Part shown: one piece after another, positions 54,124 through 63,778 of the stretch | Position numbering within the stretch: the stretch's first letter is position 1 | How the letters are laid out: the number at the start of each line of letters is the position of its first letter | From: Octopus bimaculoides | Taxonomy: Eukaryota | Assembly (NCBI RefSeq): GCF_001194135.2 | Contig: NC_068999.1 | Location: 15,572,288 to 15,636,065 of the forward strand | Length of the DNA stretch: 63,778 nt | Direction of reading: 5' to 3' | The notes under the pieces: generated by a model | Told to the model about the DNA's origin: nothing | What the model saw: the letters and a program-made list of their open reading frames with translations, nothing else | Database searches by the model: none | Made by a program: the position numbers and the translations under genes

Positions 54124-55228
54124 TATATACATTTAAAGAGGTTTACAGTATGTGTTCCACTTGAAATTTGAGCCGATCATAAAAGCAATAAACGAACATA
54201 GATATTTCAATTTATGTTTTGAATATTCTTCCTACACAGACTACTACTTCACATGCGTCATTTTGAAAATAACGAAAGGTGGTTATATACAATACATATA
54301 ACATGAATGCAGCTACCATGGTGTAGATGATAGCACTTAGATCTAATCTGAACATCGCTTTTGTCGAGGGAGTCAACACTGCAGCAGCTATATATAAAAC
54401 TTTGATGACTATGTAGGTACAACAGATACTTTGGAGAAGTGAGAATTTCAAATGTCCCGATGTGATAAGAAGAGAAAATTAATTCTAATCTCTTAAGAAA
54501 TATAAAGTTCTGAAATTTCCCGTTCTAACATAACCTAAAATTTTGTCTTTTCTTGTTATATTATTTAGCGCTGTTTAGTTCTGTTATAGAAAGTTGAGAT
54601 TCAAAGCCCATTAATTTACATACAAATTTTGCAGTGAGTTGGATTTGTCCTTTCTCTCAACATAAATTCTGTAACTGCGAGATACTGTGATTCCCTCAAT
54701 ACAGCAAGGTATGATTGCACTTTATATGAATACATTGATGAAATTTATATATTTTCAAAGGGCGGGTTGTGTGTATTTTGCAGTTGGGAATTCATTGTCT
54801 CTCTGTGACCTGTATTAGGATGACATGTGACTTGTGGGAAGCAATGTTAACTAAACAAATTAAGTGGCATTTACGTCATTTGTGCTAAAAAGTTAGCTCT
54901 TGAAAATCGAGGCTTCGGATGAGTAAATAATTATAGTTAAAACATATATAATTATTTTCAGATGCATCTTACTTGTAGATTTGTTAGTTTACGAATAACC
55001 TTGTCTCGGATGAGACACGATATTTATATACACCTATACAAATGTATCGCTTTCTCACCTTCCCTGTGTCTGTCAGTCTATCTATCTATACGCACAGTTG
55101 TGCGTATATATCATATATATACGTATATATATATTTATGTATATATGTGCTTATATATAGTTATGCTTATATTCATGTTTACATATATATGTGTGTGCAT
55201 GTATGTGTGTGTATGTATGTATGTATGT

Positions 55229-55632
55229 AAGGATAGCAGGATTCCTAAGCAGATGCTCTATGGAGAACTTGTGAATGGAAGGAGACTCCGACAGAAACCA
55301 AGGCTGCGCTTTAAGGACTGTGTCAAGTCCTCATTAAAGGCCTGTGATATGCAGGACACAGATGGAGGAAGCAGGTTAAGGAGGGGACAACACTTTTGAG
55401 AGAGCACGTATCCAGCATGAAGAATTTAAGCGAGCTGCGCGAAAGTGTACAGCTCGTATAGTGAACGGGGAAGCTTAATCTGCAATGTTTCCAGTCGTGT
55501 ATGCTTATCAAGAGCAGGGCTCATTAGCCACCAACGGAGTCGTAAATGCAAAATGTAAGTTAGTACTAGAGCGCAGAATGTTCCTGAAGGTCGGCAATGG
55601 TCTTCCTTGGTCACGAGTGGACGGCCATCATG
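55229..55632 (+). mobile_element. RTE/BovB-type LINE, 3'-terminal fragment
   Basis: Translates KDSRIPKQMLYGELVNGRRLRQKPRLRFKDCVKSSLKAC, the hallmark RTE ORF2 C-terminal motif (R.PK..LYGEL..G.R..G.P..R.KD). Bounded on both sides by (TATG)n. Confidence 0.9.
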
Positions 55633-55649
55633 TATGTATGTATTTATGT

Positions 55650-55691
<42 letters not shown>

Positions 55692-57686
55692 TGCGTGCAC
55701 GCGAGTTGTGTGTGCATGTATATATCTCACTTTAATTATAAAATGATATAATTTAGCACGTCTATTTTAAATATAGTTCTTAATATTTGCCTCATTTAAA
55801 GTAATGAAAACTATAAAAATGTTTAATTTGTTTGTTAATTAGGCCTGATATAAAAAATTCTACCTCTCTGTGTGATTTCTTTACCTCCGTGAAATGAGAG
55901 TATTCTATTTCTTTTCATCAGGCAACGATTTATGAATTTCTTCGAATGTTCCACTCCGATATTTACCTTAAGTATCCACAGAAACAAAGTCAGCATTATA
56001 TGTGAGATACATATGATCCTAAACTGCATTGCACACCGAAATATCGCACTGCCATAATATATATTAATAAAACAGTATCAATATATAAATGTAAATTACA
56101 CTAAAAAAAAAAAGTAATATTTTATTATGATACACCAACATTTGTGATTGCATTTCTTCCTGGAGTTGTTTGATATCGAGTAAACTACTTGTTAACAATA
56201 TATAAACAAACATTTAATATATGTAAACAAACAATTGTTATATATGTAGATTTGATATAAATACATATCGATGCAGGAAAATTGCAATTACTGTTTGTCA
56301 GGTTGGCGAAACAGCTGTATTTATTACGATCTAGTATATAAATAGAGCAGTAAAAATAAAAACGTGATATTTTTCCATACTCCTGGGTATTATCGTTAAT
56401 TATAACAAGAAACAACATTGTTTACGCTAATGACTTATAATTACATTAAGTACGCCACTGACACTAGACTATGAAAAATATTCTGTGTTCTCATACTGAA
56501 AATAAAATAGCGTGTAGCATTGTCGAATTTGCTTCAGTTTTCATCCTGTCCTTGAGTACCAGCTCAGCTGTTTAGCGAGTACTTCTTTTTTCACTGCCTT
56601 GATTATCTCATCTATTTGCCTATGTTGTAAGCTATACTATACAATGTCTCTTTCTTTGATATGGTAATGAATGATTTGAAGGAGATTTGGATGCTTTCTC
56701 TAGTAACTAAATCAAACTTAATACTGTCTGTGTCTGGACTGGTTGTTGGTGTCGTAAATATTAATAGCTAAATGATATTATCGCTAAATTCCTATCCCAT
56801 TTACTGAACGGATCCTCTAGGCGTCTGTTGTTTGAGACAGCTGATTCATTCTCAGAGAAATATCATGTACGTATTCAGACATTTGAATAAATTTGCTATT
56901 GTTCTACATAAAGGTTTGTAGCCGAGAAAATTGCATATATTATTGCAAAAACTGTAGACGCGATGACAGTGCAAAGGAAGCTGTTCCAAATATGCAATAC
57001 TTATATCGAAATCAGTTAGTGACACTAGAATGGCTGTGTAGTGAAGATGTTGACTCTATATCCACGAGGCTTATGTCTGCTAGCATTCTGGGCAAGTGTT
57101 TCTGTTTATGTCTTCAAGTTGTAAACTCTTCTTCAATAGAATTTGGCAGGCAAAGGTTTGTGGGAGCCAATCGGAGAAATTGATCTTGAGCATGAGTGGC
57201 ACCCGTAATCGATCGCAGAGTTCAAAACTACCACGTAACTATTGAGCACCTCAGCGAAGCGTAATGGATTCGCTCAGATGTCAGGTTTGAGAATGAATTT
57301 CTCCATCCTTTACATGAGCCGGCAGAACTCGTAAAAGTTTTGTAAGCACTACACTTCTCACTCTTAAGTCGTTAAAAGAAGGAATAATCCAAAGCGGAGC
57401 AAAAGTCAAAAATATTTATTGTGATATTAGAATGTATATTGGAATAAAGCTCAAAATTTTGCGTGACGCTATTATACAACACTTTTAACAACATACAAAT
57501 AACAAAGATAACTTAATATCGGCATAGTTAAAATGTAATCTCTAAAGTGTAACAACTAAATAACTAAGAACAATTTTGACAAGCAATTGTCGATCACGAA
57601 AATCAGTTTAGTTAAAGTATAAACTAACATTAAGCTCCGTCGACTATACTGTAATATTTCTTTATAGTAATATTTAATATAAACAA

Positions 57687-57927
57687 AGCGGAAACCTGGT
57701 AGAATCGTTAGAATGCCGCACAAAATGCTTAGCAACATTTTGTTCGTCTTCACGTTCTGACCCCAAATCTCGCCGAGTTCGCCTTTGCCTTTCAATCTTT
57801 CTGGGTCGACTTGTTTTAATTCTATCTGGGTCTATAAATTTAGTACCAATTGAGCACTGAAGTCGAAGAAAACGAATTACTCTCCTCTCCGTACTTTCTG
57901 GCCTTGTGTCAATTTTTGAAACCAATA
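57687..57927 (+). mobile_element. SINE family A, full length, degenerate
   Basis: ctggtagaatcgttagaatgccgcacaaaatgcttagcaacattt...cacgttctga...gcctttgcctttcaatctttctgggtcga...gagcactgaagtcga...ctggccttgtgtcaatttttgaaaccaat. Confidence 0.82.
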
Positions 57928-58071
57928 CTAAGTATAAACAGATAGTCGTAGAAAATGTCCTCGATATGTAAATTTCAAATGCAGAATTCATTTCGCAAAT
58001 ATTGGTGACCGTATCTCGTGACTTAACTTGCAAAATTATGTTTAAATAATAATTTAGTATAGAAAGTCCCA

Positions 58072-58072
<1 letters not shown>

Positions 58073-58122
<50 letters not shown>

Positions 58123-58175
58123 AATCTATCTATCTATTTATCCGTCAGTCTGTCTGTCTGTCTGTCTGTCTGTCT
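58073..58175. repeat. Compound (CTAT)n/(GTCT)n microsatellite
   Basis: Direct reading. Confidence 0.95.
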
Positions 58176-58255
58176 AAATGTGTGTGATGTGTGTGCACCG
58201 GCGTATTCATAACGCATGTTTATTCCATAAACGGATGGGGTTTCTTCTACTCTAG

Positions 58256-58293
<38 letters not shown>

Positions 58294-61200
58294 AAAATAT
58301 GTATAAACTTCGCATTGATGAATTTAATCTTACACAAACTATTAAATGTGTAGGTGTGCGCCTGTGTGCCTGTATGTGTCTATTATAGATATGCATACTA
58401 GAGATATGTGCATAAATACACGTATTTGAAACATGTATTTGAAGATCAAATATATATTGTTCGTGATGCCCGAGATCAATTCAATTTTACGCTGGATCCT
58501 CTTGTATGATATGTTCAAAATTTCAGCATCATATGTAGGTTCAAACGTATTTCACTTTATTTAATATATACACTATGAATAATATAAGTCTTTTGTAAAT
58601 TTACGACTAGACATGTAAATGTTATAACTTACATATTTTGGAGTCTAAATGCAATGTATAGCCATCAGATAATTCTAAACATTTAGAAATATTTTATCTT
58701 TTCTGTAATTTCGTAATTGAATAATTCTCTTTTTCATTGATCTATATCCAAAACAAATTATACCGATTCCTCTAGAAAGGAAAGAAATGTATTTCCATTT
58801 CTTTAATGATTTTAAATAAAGCGTCTTCAAGCATAAACAGAACAAGTTCATCTCTTTTACATTCCGATCTCTCAGGCAGCGAAACTTCCAGACGACAAAT
58901 TTATATAAAAATAAAAGCAGAAGTTTTAAATTTATATTGTAGAGTTTGAAACTTTCATTTATTTTTCTTGATATCTGTCATGAAGGAAGTACAACAAAAC
59001 TGAATAGATTTAAAACAATATCTAAAAATATTTTGTTATTTATTATTTTTCAAAGGGGGACTATAATCAATCTGCTGCAATACTTCAAAGTATGTTTGCA
59101 GTTTAATTGCTAAAAACAGCAATTTCGTTTGACAAAATGACTATTGTACATAAACACTAATAAAATTTATGTATTTTTGTATTTGATTTATAACTGAAAT
59201 TCGGACAAAACGTTTGATAATTACACCACTCCTGCCATATAAAGTAGAATAATATAAAATACTAATCTGCCATTGTCACCTGCTGACATTTTAACGATTT
59301 ATCTTCAAAATCAGAAAGAAACATGGATACCAATCGGAGAATGTTTTATGTTTACGAATTACATTCATGCTGGTTCTACACGAACTAAAATTCTGCTAAC
59401 TCTGAATCCGCAACTACTTTGTAATAAGTTTTAATACGAAACAGTAAGCATAGCAGTTAAAGACTGAAGAAATAAAATGAAAATATAAACAGAAAGGCTA
59501 TATATATAGATTGGCAATGAAAGCTATTCTCTATTGCTGAAGAAGTTCGCTTCATCATTCGATGCTTACTCAGTGAATTTGCACGACCTCGTGATTATTT
59601 AGTGAGATTACATTGATTAAATTGATTGTCGAGTTACGTCCCGGAAATGAAGGGAATTACAGTAGAACTTTGAATGAATTTGAACTATGGTTGTCGATGT
59701 AACAAAATATTGCTACAAGGAATTCGGTTTCTAAAACTAGTGATTCAGCCAATTCATTTGCTTCATGTCGCTAAAATATTAAAATCTGACACTATTAACT
59801 ATGTTTCTATAAAGTGAGAGACATATTCCCAGACATAAAGGCACCCATTAGTAGTACGACTTTAATGGTATCTTAATTCCTCATATATTTTTCCATTTTG
59901 AACGTATATGTACGTTTAGAAGCACAATATTAAACTTGCAGATACAAGATATTTACATAAAACTTACGTAATTTGTGCATTTTGCCAAGTAAGTAAAAGT
60001 GACAGACACGGTTGAAATGACATTAATTACATGCCTGCTGGAACTGAACGTATTTAGACAAATAAACAACAAGAATTACTTAGACTCATTATTGAAGCAA
60101 GTTTTCGTCATTATTCTTGACATATTTAGTCCATAACATATACATATTCTTATGGTACAAATCCAGTAATCTCCTGTAAAAACGTCATGTCACCCGAAAT
60201 CACTCAAATCTTTTATAATCTACACATATATGTAAAAATTAGTTTTTATAATTGCTATATCCTAAGCGATGCTTGTTTATCTATAATTGATTGCAACGCA
60301 TTTAATCTTAGTTTAAACTGAAATCTAGGAAAACGAATCGTTAGAATTAAGAACATTTGTAAGATAATCTATTGAAAATTGTGTCTTAAATAATCGCAGT
60401 CAAAAATAAGAAAACAAAAATTTTATGTCCAGTAGAATAGAGGAAATAATATAATATAAGATGTAATTGCTAGAATGAACATTTGCTTATGAGGCTGTGA
60501 GGGTCTCTTGAAATAAATTCGCCTCCTTTGCAAAATTTGCTGAAAGAATTTCCAGAGCTTACTGGTGCATTTCAAATTTGTCTTCTTCACCGTCCCTTTA
60601 ATAAATTTATGATGATTTTTCTGTTATTTCATCATGATACACTTATATAAATGAAGCTTAAAATCAACCAGAACTACCATAAAACTTCTAAGATTGATAG
60701 TGCAAATGCTTTGATCAGCAATAACATGCATTGTATCAATCTAGCCATAAAACAGCCTTGTACCACAAATTCTGTACTCATGAACAACAAACATCCATAA
60801 TTCTTGAACTTGTTTAGAATGTTTTACAAGCTCCCATGATGAACTCACAGAAATAATAAATGTAACATAACCGAAACATAATCAAGCCCTGAAATTACTT
60901 GACATTTGAAATTATCTGGTGATTTAAAACGCTCCACTAAAAAACATATATATATATATATATTGTATTCACATAATGATCGGTAAGTTTGCAATATAAA
61001 TTGTTTCTAAAATTGATCAAATATTGAATTGCGAAAGATTCACTTGACACGTTTAGACAACAGGTCTATAGACTCGCTGTTTATTCTACCACCATTTTCA
61101 TAATGTCCTATCACAGGATTTACACCTCACCACTAACTAGTAGCCTGAGACGAACACGATACTCATACGTACATCTCTTTCTCTAGTAATTCCTACAATT

Positions 61201-61313
61201 AATCTAAAGCATCCAGAATATCACACTTCCCGTATCATTTCCTATTCATTATTTTACCTGCACATGTCGGCTTACACATATTTAGTTTATCACCCGATAT
61301 TAAGGAATGCAAA

Positions 61314-61535
61314 GGCGACGAAATGGCAGAATCGTTAGCCCGCCTGGAAAAATGCTTAGTGGCATGTCGTCCATGCATATTCTCTTAGCTTAAATTGCGC
61401 TGTGTTCGACTTTATCTTTCAGGGTAGATAAAATAAATACCAATCGATCACTAGGATCAATCTAATCGACTTACCCCTTCCCCCTTCCCCCGAAAATAAA
61501 TTGCTGGCCTTGTTTCACGATTTGAAACCAATTGT
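61314..61535 (+). mobile_element. SINE family A, full length, degenerate
   Basis: ggcgacgaaatggcagaatcgttagcccgcctggaaaaatgcttagtggcat...gggtagataaaataaatacca...taatcgacttacccc...ttgctggccttgtttcacgatttgaaacca. Confidence 0.82.
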
Positions 61536-63650
61536 AAAGTATTCGATAAAAGTTATAAAGTCATGCACTCTGACTTACTATCTCTTACTAAATGATACAA
61601 TAAGAGGTATAAATAAGGAAACACATTGTCTTCTATGTAACCGGGAGCCTATCAGAATTATTTTACAAGATTATACCTAAATATTTTGAATGAGGTCAAA
61701 TTCGTACGACACTATCTTCATGGGAAAACCTATACGGTAACATCTATAATGTAGCAATCATTAATTAAAGACTACTCTTGCATTAACGAAGAGGAAAAAT
61801 TTGATCAATGCTACAATTTGATCATGAAAAAATTAATATGACGAGTAACATATGTACAGTTGTCTACATAAATAAAATAGCATTAAAACTATAATTATAT
61901 ACGTGTGTGTGTATGTGTGTGTTTGTAGTCTCTATTGATATAAATAGAAGCGGCTCCTTTAATTATGCGGGCTACAATTTTGTAGCAAATTGAAATTATA
62001 TTCATTCTTTCCGCGTTTTTTTTAATGCCAGTCTTTAACAATTTTAATTTTTTAAATTATATTTAGCAGAACTAAAAACAGCATTCCTACATTCCTATTA
62101 CTTGTACAGGGAAAGTAGAGAACAAAGAAAACTCTAAAAGAATGTTTGACATAACGGTGATATCGATTAGATCTTAACAACCTCTTTCAATGATATAATT
62201 TTGGTTTCAAATATACATACATAAACATATACATAGATATGTGTGTGTGTGTGTGTGTGTTTGTTGCGTATGTGCGTGTTGGTGTAGCAGTATATGTTTG
62301 TGTATTTATTCATGTATATATATTTATGTATGTGAGTGTGTATGTGTGTGTGAATGTGTGTGCGTATGTGTTCATATATGTATATGAGTGCGTGTGTATA
62401 TATATAAATATATATGTACACACATACACACACATATATATGTATATACATGTATATATNNNNNNNNNNNNNNNNNNNNNNNNNNNNNNNNNNNNNNNNN
62501 NNNNNNNNNNNNNNNNNNNNNNNNNNNNNNNNNNNNNNNNNNNNNNNNNNNNNNNNNNNNNNNNNNNNNNNNNNNNNNNNNNNNNNNNNNNNNNNNNNNN
62601 NNNNNNNNNNNNNNNNNNNNNNNNNNNNNNNNNNNNNNNNNNNNNNNNNNNNNNNNNNNNNNNNNNNNNNNNNNNNNNNNNNNNNNNNNNNNNNNNNNNN
62701 NNNNNNNNNNNNNNNNNNNNNNNNNNNNNNNNNNNNNNNNNNNNNNNNNNNNNNNNNNNNNNNNNNNNNNNNNNNNNNNNNNNNNNNNNNNNNNNNNNNN
62801 NNNNNNNNNNNNNNNNNNNNNNTATATATTTACATACATATTTACATACGTGCATATACATATATACACACAAGCGTACATACATACATGCATACATGCA
62901 TATACATACATTCATACATACATATACACACACATACACACATACATACATATATGAAATATTTGCAGAAAAAAACCCCCAGATCTTGTTAACTAATTAC
63001 TACTTCATTTTCATCTTATTGATTGAAAATATATATATATATGTTTTTTTTCTTTTTTAAATGTGTATATTTTGTCAATTAGTGCAATAAAAATTAATTT
63101 TACTAGATCTATCCTTATTTCTTTTCTAAATTAGTTTCCATTCAAGTCAACTAATGCAATTTTATTTCGTCTAACATCATTAAGTTAGAAGCAGTGTTTA
63201 TTGAATAGATCCCATTTTAGTTTCATGGGATGATATTTCCAGGTTTTCAATCAATGTAACTACTTACTCTCATATGATAATGATTTTAACTGAAATATAA
63301 TCTTACTTCTCTCATAGTGTCATCATTGCATTCTCTATGACTGAGCTTGTTGTATATATTTACGTATCCAATATATCTACACAACTTCCAGCTCCTAAAT
63401 TACATTAATAATATTTATATCAACCCGGTGTAATGATAGAATGCAATTTATGAAACTGTTATGCAATCATATCGCACTTAAGGTTTTCATAATTGTGAAC
63501 GTAACATCTTTAACTATCGGTGTGTTTGCTCTTGTCATTTTTTGTTTCGTAGTTACTCTTGTTGTGCTTTAGTCCAGTATCGGCTTTGATCTTGGAAACC
63601 CACAAAATCATGTCTCAAATAAGCATTCAGTCATTTCGTCTGTCATATTT

Positions 63651-63754
63651 TGAGTTAGAGTTAGTCAATCATAATCTATTATCCATTGTTTTCTGTTTTT
63701 TCTGAGTTAGAGTTAGTCAATCATAATCTATTATCCATTGTTTTCTGTTTTTTC
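63651..63754. repeat. Perfect 52-bp tandem duplication (2 copies)
   Basis: tgagttagagttagtcaatcataatctattatccattgttttctgttttttc occurs at 63651-63702 and 63703-63754. Confidence 0.95.
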
Positions 63755-63778
63755 TATACACACTTTGCATAATATATA

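Larger units (their letters stand above)
652..62822. other. 17 assembly gaps (N-runs), most flanked by simple repeats, chiefly (TA)n
   Basis: Gaps at about 652, 5027, 11221, 12957, 14465, 17696, 23736, 27149, 31456, 33118, 36780, 38656, 41692, 45314, 50736, 53524 and 62460. All poly-X ORFs in the track derive from these. Confidence 0.97.

Noticed and set aside
489-63060. Dozens of ORFs made of poly-[13 protein letters not shown] or RERE
   Set aside because: They are translations of N-gaps and dinucleotide microsatellites with no coding signal.
1-63778. CRISPR array, rRNA, operon or other prokaryotic systems
   Set aside because: The DNA is clearly spliced animal genomic sequence, and no repeat-spacer array or rRNA-like segment was seen.

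Overview
AT-rich animal genomic DNA, dense in microsatellites, with 17 N-gaps that mostly abut simple repeats. The SINE families look like octopus ones to me (recollection, not a database result). The only host gene I can support is the 3' part of a neuroligin on the minus strand. It has three coding exons, 29834-29048, 5873-5758 and 2809-1833, all with canonical AG/GT borders and matching phases (1, 2, 1), and they splice into one frame of about 625 codons. That frame encodes the C-terminal half of the cholinesterase-like domain, a Pro/Ser/Thr stalk, the TM helix and a tail ending in the PDZ ligand -ITIV*. The middle 116-nt exon is missing from the ORF track and was found by eye. Upstream exons were not found, so they lie beyond 63.8 kb or inside a gap. 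The introns hold two tRNA-derived SINE families, a full-length decayed cecropia-type (Hsmar1-like) mariner with TIRs, an irritans-like mariner fragment, RTE LINE fragments and a Penelope-like GIY-YIG remnant. Most listed ORFs are microsatellite or gap artefacts. The best leads are minimal hammerhead-ribozyme-like motifs lying sense to the pre-mRNA in the 23-kb intron (one about 300 bp from the Penelope remnant), loss of the triad His in this neuroligin, alternating-orientation SINEs as possible ADAR or circRNA substrates, and a speculative 18-nt microexon at the position of vertebrate splice site B. I did not find a convincing wholly new system; these are hypotheses to test.
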